In this document: positions 18,556 through 28,671 of the stretch, one piece after another | Layout: the number at the start of each line of letters is the position of its first letter | Position numbering within the stretch: position 1 is the first letter of the stretch | From: Alistipes sp. | GTDB lineage: Bacteria > Bacteroidota > Bacteroidia > Bacteroidales > Rikenellaceae | DNA length: 64,000 nt | Assembly: GCA_029068505.1 (NCBI GenBank) | Contig: JAIECN010000026.1 | Span: forward strand, 10,107-74,106 | Direction: 5' to 3' | Program-made: the position numbers and the translations under genes | Notes under the pieces: generated by a model | What the model was told of the DNA's origin: nothing | What the model saw: only the letters and a program-made list of their open reading frames with translations | Databases searched by the model: none

Positions 18556-21500
18556 CGTTTCATTTTTTCTTTCAATCTGTACACCCATACGAAGAAGAAG
18601 GGTACGAAGATGATGCCTACGGCAATGGCAACCAGCATGCCGAAGAAGACGCCCGTGCCGATGCCCTGACGGCTGGCCGAACCCGGCCCCGAGGCGAACA
18701 CCAGGGGCAGCAGTCCGAGGATGAACGAGAGCGACGTCATGACGATCGGGCGGAAGCGCAGGTGCATGGCCGTGAGGGCCGCCGCCACGGCGTCGCGTCC
18801 CTTTTCGACCTCCTCCTTGGCGAATTCTACGATCAGGATGGCGTTCTTGGCGACCAGACCCACCAGCATCACCAGGCCGATCTGGAAATAGATGTTGTTC
18901 TCCAGTCCGCAGAGCCAGATGCCGATGTAGGCGCCCAGCCCGGCGATGGGCAGCGAGAGGATCACGGCGATGGGCACTGACCAGCTCTCGTATTGTGCGG
19001 CGAGGAACAGAAAGACGAACAGCAGCGCCAAGGCGAGTACCAGCCCCGTGTTGCCGCTTTCGTGCTTCTCTTGGTAGGAGAGTCCGCTCCATTCGATGCC
19101 GATGTTTTCGGGCAGATGCTCGCGTACGATGCGCTCCAGTGCCCGCATGGCCTGCCCCGAGCTGTATCCGGGGGCCGCCTCGCCCGTGATGGGGGCCGCA
19201 TAGAACATGTTGAACCGCTTGATCGTTCCGGCACCCGTGGTGTAGTGCGTCGTGCCGAGCGCCGTGACGGGGATCATCGCGCCGTCGGCGCCGCGCACGA
19301 AGAAGAGCCGCAGGTTGTCGCGGTAGGCCCGGTAGGGGGCTTCGGCTTGGATGTAGACGCGGTAGATGCGGTTGAACATGTTGAAGTCGTTGACGTAGAG
19401 CGATCCCGTGAAGGCTTTCATCGTCGAGAAGATGTCCGACATGGGAACGCCTTGCAGGCGGGCCTTGTCGCGGTCGACATCGTAGTAGAGCTGCGGGATG
19501 TTGTTCTGCATCGAGGTCGAGAGGCCCGCCAGTTCGGGCCGTTCGGCGGCGTAGCGCATCAGGGTGTCGACGGCCCGTTGCAGATCGGCGTAGGTGGCGT
19601 CGCCGCGGGCTTCGAGCACCATTTCGAAGCCGCCCGACGTGCCCAGTCCCGGGATGATCGCCGGGGTCGAGAGGTAGACTTTCGATTCGGGGTAGCGCGC
19701 CAGTTCGCGGCGCGTGCGTTCCATAACAGCAGAAATACCCTCCGAAGTACGTTCGTCCCACGGCTTGAGGATCACCGTCAGCTGGCTGCGCGCCTGGTTC
19801 GAACCTACGCGGGGACTCGATCCCGTGACGTTGAGCACATGTTCCACATCGGGATCGGATTGCAAGAACGCCATTGCCCGTTCGGTAACCGCGCGTGTCC
19901 GTTCGATGGTCGCACCCTCGGGCAGTTCGAGTTCCACGGTAAAGTAGCCTTGGTCTTCCTTGGGCATGAAGCTCCGGGGCACCAGTTCGTTCATCAGCCA
20001 GATGCCGACCAGCGCGATGCCGAATGCGGCGAACATCCGGCGCGAATTGCGGAGCGTCTTCTCGACCAGCCGGCCGTAGAACCGGTTGCCTACGGTCAGG
20101 CCGAAGTTGATCGAACGGAAGAAGCGGTTCTTGGGCTTGCCGTCGTCGGGCTTGAGGAACAGCGAGCACATCACGGGGCTGAGCGTCAGGGCCACGACGG
20201 TCGAGATGATGACCGACACGGCGATCGTGATCGTGAACTGGCGGTAGAGCTGTCCCGTGATGCCGGGCAGGAAGCTGACCGGCACGAAGACGGCGCACAA
20301 CACCAGCGACATGGCGATCAGGGCGCCGCTCAGGTTGCTCATGGCTTTTTTCGTCGCTTCGTAGGGCGAGAGTCCCTCCTCGTGCATGATGCGGTCGACG
20401 TTCTCGACCACCACGATGGCGTCGTCGACCACGATGCCGATGGCCAGGATCAGCCCCAGCAGCGTCAGCATGTTGAGCGAGAATCCGCAGGCGAGCATCA
20501 CGCCGAACGTGCCGATGAGCGAGATCGGCACCGCCACGACGGGGATGAGCGTCGCGCGCCAGCTTTGCAGCGAAAGGAAAACGACCAGGATCACCAGCAG
20601 CAGCGCTTCGAACAAAGTGCGGTAGACATGATGGATCGAAGCCGCAATGTAGGTGGTCATGTCGAACGGGATGGCATAGCGGATGCCTTCGGGGAAGTTG
20701 CGGCCGATCTCCTCCATGGTCTCCTTGACCCGCTCGGCGACCTCCATGGCGTTGGCTCCGGGCAGCATGTTGATGTTCAGCACGGCGGCGTTTCCGCCGT
20801 CGATGCCGCTTTCGGTCGAGTACGACGAGGCTTCGAGCGAGATGCGCGCCACGTCTTTCAGCCGGATGATCGAGCCGTCGGGGTTGGCCCGTACGACGAC
20901 TTGTTCGAATTCATCGACCGACGAGAGGCGCCCCTGCGCCGTGATCGGTATGGTGATGTCGACTCCTGCGATCGGGGCCTCGCCCAGCACGCCGGCGGCC
21001 GATTCGCGGTTCTGATCCTTCAGCACGGACTGCAAGTCCTTGACCGTCAGTCCCAGATCGGCTAGCTTGTCGGGCTGCACCCAGACGCGCATGGCGTAGT
21101 AGCGGCTGCCCACGTTCGAGACGCTGCCCACGCCCGGCACGCGGCGCAGCAGGTCGAGGACATTGAGCGTCGCGTAGTTCGAGAGGTAGATTTCGTCGAA
21201 TTTCGGGTCGGAGGAGAGCAGCGCTATGGTCATCAGCTTGCTGGCCGCCTGCTTTTCGACCGTGATGCCGTTCTGCACCACCTCGGCCGGCAATCGCGAT
21301 TCGGCCTTCTTTACCCGGTTCTGGATCTCCACGGCGGCCAGGTCGGGGTCGGTCGAGATGTCGAAAGTTACAGTTGCGGAGAAGCCCCGAATTGGAACTC
21401 GACGATTCCATGTAGATCATGCCCGGCGTGCCGTTGAGTTCCTGTTCGATCGGCGTGGCCACGGCCTGCGTGACGGTCTGCGCGTCGGCGCCCGGATAGG

Positions 21501-21645
21501 AGGCGGCCACGCGCACCACGGGCGGCACGATCTGCGGATACTGGTCGATGGGCAGCAGCGTCAGGCCGATCGCACCGACGATGACGATGACGATCGACAG
21601 CACCGTCGAGAAGACGGGGTGGTCGAGGAAGAAGTTGTTTTTCAT
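18552..21645 (-). pseudogene. HAE1-family RND efflux permease, frameshifted near 21385-21388 (or sequence error)
   Basis: N-terminus MKNNFFLDHPVFS...MESSSSNSG is in one frame and FSATVTFDISTDPDLAAVEIQNR continues in another; span 3094 nt = 3n+1. VDDAIVVVEN, KNAILIVEF and RFRPIVMTS are intact. Confidence 0.85.
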
Positions 21646-23078
21646 CGCTGCGCCTCCTCCGGGGCGGCATGGGGCATGGAGGAAGTCTCCGAACCGGAAG
21701 AGTTTTCGCAAGCCGGAGGATTTCCCGAGCCGGAAGAAGCGGTGGATATAGCCGTCGTGTCGGACACGGGGGAATTCTCGGATACAGAGGGATTGTCGGC
21801 CGGTTGTGCGGAGTCCGTGTTGCCGACCGTCGGCGCGTTTTTCGAGGTCGGTTCGACCTTCATGCCGTGCGAGAGTTTATGGAACCCTTCGACGACGATC
21901 CATTCTGCGGGCGCCAGACCGCGTTCGACGATGGTGTTGTTGCCGATTTCGGGGCCGGTTTCGACGAATCGTTTTTCGACTACTTCGTCTGCTCGCACGA
22001 CATATATGTAGGCTCCGCCGTTCTCTATTACCAGGGCTTTCGTCGGTACGACGACCGCATCTTCGCGCACGTCCATCAGCAGTTTGACGCGCGTGAACTG
22101 CCCGGGCAAAAGAATATGGTCGGGGTTGGGCATTTCGGCCCGCACGGAGAAGGTTCCCGTCTTGGGGTCGATCTGCGGATCGGCGAAGTCGACCAGACCG
22201 CGCAGCGGATAGGTCGAGCCGTCGGCCAGCGTGACCGTGATGTAGGGATCCCACGTGCGCGTGGTGTCGCGGTGCCCGAGGTTGACGTTGCGGGCTTTCG
22301 AGCGCAGGTATTCGAGCGACGTCATGCTGAAGTCGATGCGCACCGTGTCGCTCTTGACCACGGTCGCCAGCAGCGACTGCCCGCCCGGCCCGACCAGCGC
22401 GCCGATGTCGGCGTTGCGCTCGGAGATGTAGCCCGAAACCGGCGACCGCACGGTGGTGTAGCCCAGCGTAAGTTCCGCCTGCGTCAGGTCGGCTTCGCAC
22501 ACCACCACGTCGGCCGCGGCGCTCTCGTAGGCGGCCACGGCGTTGTCCAGGTCGAGTTGGCTGGCGGCGTTCTGTTCGTAGAGGGGGCGAATGCGGTTCA
22601 GGTCGCGTTGTGCTTTCAATGCTTGTGCCTTGGCTTTGTTCAGCTGGGCTTTTGCGCGGTTGGCCCGGGCGCGGTAGAGTTGCGGGTCGATGATGAACAG
22701 CGTCTGCCCCTTTTCAATATAGGTGCCTTCGGCAAAGAGCATCCGTTCGAGGTAGCCCTCCACGCGGGCGCGGATTTCGACGAATTGTTGGGCGCGTATG
22801 CGGCCCACGTATTCGCCGTAGATGTTGACGTTCTGTGTCGTGACCGGTTCGACCTCCACCACGGGCAGCATTTCGGGAACGGGCCGCGAGCGCAGCACGA
22901 AAACCACTGCCGCTGCCGCGAGTGCCGCGAAGCAGAGCAGGCCCGCGATCCAGCGGCGGGTGCGGCGCGACAGCTTGCCGATCAGGGCGGCGCATGCGTG
23001 CCAGAAACGGCGCAAGTAGGATGCGTAGGTTTGCAGCAACAGCTTCTCGGGCCGTATTTCTTTTTCTTGGTTTGCCAT
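21642..23078 (-). CDS. RND periplasmic adaptor (membrane fusion protein)
   Basis: VEIRARVEGYL, LFIIDP, TTVRSPVSGYI, DPKTGT, LLPGQF; start uncertain (23078 or 23105). Confidence 0.92.
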   Translation of the reverse strand: MANQEKEIRPEKLLLQTYASYLRRFWHACAALIGKLSRRTRRWIAGLLCFAALAAAAVVFVLRSRPVPEMLPVVEVEPVTTQNVNIYGEYVGRIRAQQFVEIRARVEGYLERMLFAEGTYIEKGQTLFIIDPQLYRARANRAKAQLNKAKAQALKAQRDLNRIRPLYEQNAASQLDLDNAVAAYESAAADVVVCEADLTQAELTLGYTTVRSPVSGYISERNADIGALVGPGGQSLLATVVKSDTVRIDFSMTSLEYLRSKARNVNLGHRDTTRTWDPYITVTLADGSTYPLRGLVDFADPQIDPKTGTFSVRAEMPNPDHILLPGQFTRVKLLMDVREDAVVVPTKALVIENGGAYIYVVRADEVVEKRFVETGPEIGNNTIVERGLAPAEWIVVEGFHKLSHGMKVEPTSKNAPTVGNTDSAQPADNPSVSENSPVSDTTAISTASSGSGNPPACENSSGSETSSMPHAAPEEAQR

Positions 23079-23142
23079 GACTCTTCTTTTATAGTCGTCT
23101 TCCAATGCCTGTTCCGGGGCACGGAAGATGCGGATGACGCCT

Positions 23143-23206
23143 CAAAGATATGAAAAGTCGAGAGCAGAAGCAAGCGTTGGCTTGATTATGCCGCGACAGA
23201 GTATCT
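23143..23206. repeat. Imperfect palindrome (REP-like) overlapping a TATCTTTG -7 element (minus strand, 23143-23150)
   Basis: AGATA..GTCG..GCA..CAAGC-GTTG-GCTTG..TGC..CGAC..TATCT nested inverted segments. Confidence 0.5.
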
Positions 23207-23358
23207 GCGGTGCAACCTATTTGAATATATACGTTTCGGTTTCCGAATTTATTGTGCGAAGGGGTGGCTATTTTTTGTTTTTTCGATTCCGGGCCGATGG
23301 GGTTTCGGGTAAAAAAAGTAATTTTGCCGACGGCCGCCCGTCTGGGGCCGATGCCGTC

Positions 23359-23817
23359 ATGGATGCTTTTTCGCAAATATTGGCCGACTGGGGCTATTGG
23401 GGCCTTTTTCTTGCGGCGTTCGTCGCCGGGAGCATCCTGCCGTTCAGCTCCGAAGCCGTCATGGCGGTGCTGCTCGGCATGGGAGCCGATCCGGTGGGGT
23501 GCTTAGCCGCTGCTTCGGCTGGCAACACGCTCGGGGGCATGACTTGTTACTGGATCGGCACGCTGGGCCGTCGGGAGTGGATCGCGAAGCTGGGCGTGAG
23601 CACGCGCCAGCTGGCCCGGGCACGGAAATTTCTGGCCGGACGGGGTGCCGCGATGGGCTTCTTCGGGTTTCTGCCCCTCATCGGCGAGGCGATCGCCGTC
23701 GTCCTGGGTCTCATGCGTGCCAATCCGTGGGTCGTGTGCGGTGCGATGTTGGTCGGCAAAGCCCTGCGCTACGCATCGATCCTGCTTTCTTATGAGGGAA
23801 TCGTCTCGTTGTTCTGA
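23359..23817 (+). CDS. YqaA/DedA-family membrane protein
   Basis: FVAGSILPFSSEAV, GNTLGGMTCYWIG, LPLIGE, GKALRY; TAATTTTG element at 23319. Confidence 0.88.
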   Translation: MDAFSQILADWGYWGLFLAAFVAGSILPFSSEAVMAVLLGMGADPVGCLAAASAGNTLGGMTCYWIGTLGRREWIAKLGVSTRQLARARKFLAGRGAAMGFFGFLPLIGEAIAVVLGLMRANPWVVCGAMLVGKALRYASILLSYEGIVSLF

Positions 23818-23821
23818 TCCT

Positions 23822-24271
23822 ATGGAAACCGCAATCTTCAAAACCGACACCCCGCCGTGGGAACTGCTTCTTTTGGGCGACGAGTCGCCCGAATCGGTGG
23901 CCGATTACATCGACCGCAGCGATTGTTACGTGGCCGTAGCCGAGGGGCGCACCGTAGGGGTGTGCATGCTCGTGCGCACCCATCCGTTCACGGTCGAGAT
24001 CGTCAATCTGGCGGTCGACCCTGCTTTCCAGCGCCGCGGGATCGGCTCCGATCTGATCTTCCATGCGTTGCGCGTGGCCCGGGAGGCGGGGCACCGCCGC
24101 ATCGAAATAGCTACGGGCAACGTCGAAGCAGGCCCGCTGCACCTCTATCGTTCGTTCGGGTTCGAGCCTGTGGAGATCGAGCGCGATTATTTTCCGAAAT
24201 ACTATCCTGCGCCCATCGTCGAGGCGGGCGAAACATGCCGCGATCTGGTGCGGTTGAGGATGGAGTTGTAA
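23822..24271 (+). CDS. GNAT family N-acetyltransferase
   Basis: EIVNLAVDPAFQRRGIG acetyl-CoA motif; LYRSFGF. Confidence 0.9.
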   Translation: METAIFKTDTPPWELLLLGDESPESVADYIDRSDCYVAVAEGRTVGVCMLVRTHPFTVEIVNLAVDPAFQRRGIGSDLIFHALRVAREAGHRRIEIATGNVEAGPLHLYRSFGFEPVEIERDYFPKYYPAPIVEAGETCRDLVRLRMEL

Positions 24272-24287
24272 TCTTCCCAGACCCTCT

Positions 24288-25013
24288 ATGTCCGTATCGT
24301 GGAACCCGTGGCATGGCTGCCGCAAGATCAGCGAGGGATGTCGCCACTGCTATGTCTACCGGCAGGACGAGCAGCATGCGCTGGACAGCACCCGGGCGCG
24401 GAAAACCGCCGCTTTCGACCTGCCCGTGCGCCGCAGGCGCGACGGCCGGTTCAAGATTCCCGGCGGCGAAATGGTCTATGCGTGTTTCACGTCGGATTTT
24501 TTGCTGGAGGATGCCGATCCGTGGCGTGCCGAGGCGTGGGCGATGATGCGCCTGCGCCGCGACCTGCGGTTCATGTTTTTCACCAAGCGGATCGAGCGGC
24601 TCGGCGATGCGCTGCCGCCGGATTGGGGTGCGGGATATGAAAACGTCATCGTCGGCTGTACGGTGGAGAACCAGGCCGAGGCCGAGCGGCGTCTGCCCGT
24701 GTTCCTCGACCTCCCGATCCGCCGCCGGGCGATCGTGTGCGCTCCGCTGCTCGGGCCGTTGGAGTTGACGCCCTGGCTCTCGCCGGCGGTCGGGGAGGTC
24801 TCCGTGGGCGGCGAGTCGGGGCCGGAGGCCCGCGTGTGTGACTACGATTGGGTGCTTTCGATCCGGCGGCAGTGTGTCGATGCCGGCATCCCGTTCCGTT
24901 ACCACCAGACCGGGGCACGGCTGTTGAAAGAGGGGTCTCTCTACCGCATCCGCCGCGAGTACCAGCATGCGCAGGCCCGGCAGGCAGGAATCGATTATAA
25001 AATAGAAAGGTAA
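24288..25013 (+). CDS. DUF5131 (Gp37/Gp68-like) radical-SAM-related protein
   Basis: WNPWHGCRKISEGCRHCY, FTSDF, TKR, TVENQ, VGGESGP. Confidence 0.85.
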   Translation: MSVSWNPWHGCRKISEGCRHCYVYRQDEQHALDSTRARKTAAFDLPVRRRRDGRFKIPGGEMVYACFTSDFLLEDADPWRAEAWAMMRLRRDLRFMFFTKRIERLGDALPPDWGAGYENVIVGCTVENQAEAERRLPVFLDLPIRRRAIVCAPLLGPLELTPWLSPAVGEVSVGGESGPEARVCDYDWVLSIRRQCVDAGIPFRYHQTGARLLKEGSLYRIRREYQHAQARQAGIDYKIER

Positions 25014-25048
25014 GGAGCCTATAAATTCATCGTATTTGGATTCCCCAT

Positions 25049-25079
25049 AAAAAACGTCCGACCTTTCGCAGGCCGGACG
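25049..25079 (-). terminator. Terminator after ferritin
   Basis: Minus strand CGTCCGGCCT-GCGAA-AGGTCGGACG-TTTTTT. Confidence 0.8.
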
Positions 25080-25113
25080 GTAGGGCAGGACGGGAATCGT
25101 CTTCTGTGATTTC

Positions 25114-25635
25114 TTATTCTGCCGTTGCCAGCGGCGAGGGCACCGAATAAACGCGGGATGCCAGTTCTTTGTCGAGCATGTAAAGCCCGAATTTGTTGTT
25201 CTCTACGGCTTCGAACGATTGGATCATGCCGCGGGCGTTCTCTTCCTCCTCGATCTGTTCGTCGATGAACCATACGAGTTTGTTCGACGATGCGAAGTCC
25301 TTGTCTTCGGCAGCGATGGCGGCCAGGTTGTGGATCATCGCGGTGACTTTCTTTTCATGCTCCAGCGTCTGCTTGAACATCTCCAGCGGCGAGGCCCACG
25401 TGGCGGGCACTTCGGCGATGGGCAGCAGCGTGACTTCGGCGTCGCGCGAAAGGAGGTAGTTCATGAAGATGCGGGCATGGTCCTGCTCCTCGCGGAACTG
25501 GATGTAGAACCAGTTGGCTACGCCCTTGAGACCCTTGTTCTCGGCGTCGAGCGACATCGAAAGGTAGAGGTAGGCCGACCAGAATTCGGCGTTGATCTGT
25601 GCGTTGATCGCCTCGTGCAGTTTTTTGCTTAACAT
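25114..25635 (-). CDS. ftnA: Non-heme ferritin
   Basis: QINAEFWSAYLYLSMS, EEQDHA, HEKKVT, WFIDEQIEEE ferroxidase ligands. Confidence 0.95.
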   Translation of the reverse strand: MLSKKLHEAINAQINAEFWSAYLYLSMSLDAENKGLKGVANWFYIQFREEQDHARIFMNYLLSRDAEVTLLPIAEVPATWASPLEMFKQTLEHEKKVTAMIHNLAAIAAEDKDFASSNKLVWFIDEQIEEEENARGMIQSFEAVENNKFGLYMLDKELASRVYSVPSPLATAE

Positions 25636-25843
25636 AGGAATATTTTTTTGAGTTGATGTTCGGTCGCGGATCGGGCAGGGGCGGATTCGTTGCCGGAGTG
25701 CCCGTTTCCGGATGCGAAGATACTGAAAATTTCGTCGAATGTCCGATTTATTTCGCGATCAGGCAATATTGCTTTTCTTCCGCTTCGTGTTTTTTTTGCG
25801 GATTATGCCTATCTTTAGCCCCGCAAACCGTATCGATTTTGCC

Positions 25844-26959
25844 ATGAAGCGTTTTTTGGTGTTGTTCTTTGCGGCGGCGGCTTTCGCAAGTTGTTCGCTT
25901 TTGAAGGTCTCGGTCTCGTCGGGCGATCCGCTGCCCCGGCGCGATGCCGAAACCCGGCTGCTGACCCGCGGGTTCTACTACGATTTCTCGTCGGAGGTGG
26001 CCCGTGCGGCCGATTCGATCGTCGAGGCGGCGCCCGAGCTGGCAATCCGGCTGGCGGCCGTGAGGTGGAAGATCCGCGCTACCCGCGCTGGCGTTTCGGC
26101 TGCCATGCAGAGCATTCCCGACGTGGCGCTCGCCGATATGTGGATTCTTTGCCGGCGCATGGACGAGGGATTCGCCGCCATGCCCGATTCGTTGCTTTTC
26201 GGGGCGCAGAGCGGTCTGGCGCGTGCCACGGCTGCACGGCTCGACGGGCGCATCGACCGGCTGGCCCGGCAGGCGCTGACCGGGGAGCGCTACGAGTTGA
26301 TGGCGCGGTTCGTCGATCGGTTCGTGCAGGAGCATCCCCTCACCGAGCAGGGCGTCGAGCCGGCCAACACCACGCTTGCCTGGATCGAGTTCCTGCGCGA
26401 GCAGGGCGTCGAGGCGGACCATACGACCGGCACCATCGCCGAGGTGATCGCCGATGTCAACGACCGTTTGAGCGGCCAGACCCACCAGTTGGCCAACAGC
26501 GTCGGCTGGTCGAAAGAGATGCTGGAAATGGAGTTGCGGCAGGACAGCCTGCACGTGCAGCTGGGGGCGCAGCTCGATTCGCTGGAGCGCGACTTCGGAC
26601 GTCTGGTGCTCGTGGCCGAGCACATGCCGGAGATTTCGGATCGCATCATGACGGGGCTGAACAGCGAGGTGGCGCAGTTGGTCGACACGATGAATACCTT
26701 GGTCGACAATGCGTTCGTCGACTTCGGGCGTCAGCGCGAGGCCTTGCAGGGGTACGTTACGCAGGAGCGCCAGGCTTTGGTGGGGCAGTTGCGCCGCACG
26801 GCCGAGGAGTTGTTGGCTTCGACGATGGATGCCGTGCCCGGGATCGTCGGCAGGGTGTTGTTCTACGTTGTCTTGGCATTGGCCGTGTTGATCGGCGGGC
26901 CGTTCGCGCTGGGTTTCTGGCTGGGCGGCGTAAGGCAGAAGTTGAAAACGAAGAATTGA
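25844..26959 (+). CDS. Hypothetical helical lipoprotein with C-terminal transmembrane helix
   Basis: MKRFLVLFFAAAAFASC lipobox; long helical body; C-terminal VLFYVVLALAVLIGGPFALGFWL. Confidence 0.75.
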   Translation: MKRFLVLFFAAAAFASCSLLKVSVSSGDPLPRRDAETRLLTRGFYYDFSSEVARAADSIVEAAPELAIRLAAVRWKIRATRAGVSAAMQSIPDVALADMWILCRRMDEGFAAMPDSLLFGAQSGLARATAARLDGRIDRLARQALTGERYELMARFVDRFVQEHPLTEQGVEPANTTLAWIEFLREQGVEADHTTGTIAEVIADVNDRLSGQTHQLANSVGWSKEMLEMELRQDSLHVQLGAQLDSLERDFGRLVLVAEHMPEISDRIMTGLNSEVAQLVDTMNTLVDNAFVDFGRQREALQGYVTQERQALVGQLRRTAEELLASTMDAVPGIVGRVLFYVVLALAVLIGGPFALGFWLGGVRQKLKTKN

Positions 26960-27025
26960 GAACCGAACGAAAGTTCGGAAGCGCCCGCTTGTTGTTGCTG
27001 CGGGTCGTCTTTTATCTTGAATACT

Positions 27026-28435
27026 ATGGCACGAAAAAAAGCGAATTACCCTTTGATCGAAGGGCTTGAAATAACGACCCTGGCCGCCGAGGGCAAGGCC
27101 ATGGGGCGTTGGAACGAGCAGGTGGTCTTCGTTCCGATGACCGTTCCGGGCGATGTGGTCGACGTACAGATCCGTCTTAAGCGGCGCCGTTTCATGGAGG
27201 GATACGTTGTCCGTTATCTGCGCAAGTCGCCCCTGCGGGCCGAGCCTTTCTGCGAGCACTTCGGGGTCTGCGGCGGTTGCAAGTGGCAGAACCTGCCCTA
27301 TGAGGAGCAGCTGCGTCTGAAGACCGATCAGGTGCGCGATCAGCTCGCGCGCATCGGCAAGGTCGAGTTGCCCGAAATCGCCCCGTGTCTGGGGTCGGAG
27401 CATACGCAGTTCTACCGCAACAAACTCGAATTCACCTTCGCCGACCGGCGTTGGCTCACGCGCGAGGAGGTGGCCGCAGGCGGCGACATCGACGCCGAAC
27501 CTGCCTTAGGGTTCCACATCCCCTCGATGTTCGACAAGGTGCTCGACATCCGCAAATGTTGGTTGCAGCCCGAGCCGTCGAACGCCATCCGGCTCGAAAC
27601 CAAGCGTTTCTGCCTGGAGCACGGCTATACGTTCCACAATGCCCGCACGCACGAGGGGTTGATGCGCAACTTGGTCGTGCGCACCGCTTCGACGGGCGAG
27701 GTAATGGTCGTCGCGGTGTTCGGCGCCGACGACCGGCCCAAAATCGAGGCGCTGCTGGATCATCTGGCCGCCGAATTTCCGCAAATCACGTCGCTTTTCT
27801 ATGTCGTCAACACCAAGTTCAACGATTCGACGGGCGACCTCGATGCGGTGTGCTACCGCGGCAAGGACCACATCGTCGAGCAGATGGAGGGCCTGCATTT
27901 CAAGGTCGGGCCTAAGTCGTTCTATCAGACCAATTCGGCCCAGGCCTACGAACTCTACAAGGTGGCGCGGACGTTCGCTGCGCTGAAGCCCGGCGACGTG
28001 CTCTACGACCTCTACACCGGCACGGGCACCATCGCCAATTTCTGCGCGCGTCATTGCCGCCGCGTGGTCGGAATCGAATACGTGCCCGAGGCGATCGAGG
28101 ATGCGAAGGTCAATTCGGCGATCAACGGCATCGAAAACACGGTGTTCTATGCGGGCGACATGAAGGAGGTGCTCGACGATGCGTTCGTCGAGGCCAACGG
28201 CCGGCCCGACGTCATCATTCTCGATCCGCCGCGCGCCGGAGTCGACGAGCCGGTGATCGACGTCATCCTGCGCGCCGCGCCCGAGCGGATCGTCTATGTG
28301 AGTTGCAACCCGGCCACGCAGGCCCGCGATCTGGCGTTGCTCGACGGTGCCTATCGCATCGAGGCCGTCCAGCCCGTCGATATGTTCCCCCACACCCACC
28401 ATGTGGAGAACGTCGTGAAGTTGGTGCGCCGTTAA
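27026..28435 (+). CDS. rlmD: 23S rRNA m5U1939 methyltransferase
   Basis: TRAM domain, CEHFGVCGGC, SFYQTN, DLYTGTGTI, DPPRAG, YVSCNP, DMFPHTHHVE. Confidence 0.95.
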   Translation: MARKKANYPLIEGLEITTLAAEGKAMGRWNEQVVFVPMTVPGDVVDVQIRLKRRRFMEGYVVRYLRKSPLRAEPFCEHFGVCGGCKWQNLPYEEQLRLKTDQVRDQLARIGKVELPEIAPCLGSEHTQFYRNKLEFTFADRRWLTREEVAAGGDIDAEPALGFHIPSMFDKVLDIRKCWLQPEPSNAIRLETKRFCLEHGYTFHNARTHEGLMRNLVVRTASTGEVMVVAVFGADDRPKIEALLDHLAAEFPQITSLFYVVNTKFNDSTGDLDAVCYRGKDHIVEQMEGLHFKVGPKSFYQTNSAQAYELYKVARTFAALKPGDVLYDLYTGTGTIANFCARHCRRVVGIEYVPEAIEDAKVNSAINGIENTVFYAGDMKEVLDDAFVEANGRPDVIILDPPRAGVDEPVIDVILRAAPERIVYVSCNPATQARDLALLDGAYRIEAVQPVDMFPHTHHVENVVKLVRR

Positions 28436-28671
28436 TACCGGAAAACCGAACGCCCCGACGGAAGGGGGCGTCGAACCGGAGACGGAGATGATTCGCACGG
28501 CCGTGGAGACTCCCGGAATCGTGGAACGCGAAATGACGAAAAAGGAAATCAAGAAATACCGGGAGGGCAATAAAAAGTGATCGGAACCGTTTTTTTACCG
28601 AACGCCCGATGCAGTGAACCGATATTCGCGGCGTTATATTTGCAAACTACATCCCTAAAAACGAAAGAAAG

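Noticed and set aside
17167-20298. 1043-aa ORF suggesting a giant TolC fusion
   Set aside because: The N-terminal part is an off-frame reading of the RND gene; the real TolC starts at 18555.
24288-25013. Prophage suggested by the Gp37/Gp68-like gene
   Set aside because: No integrase, structural or replication genes nearby; composition is host-like.
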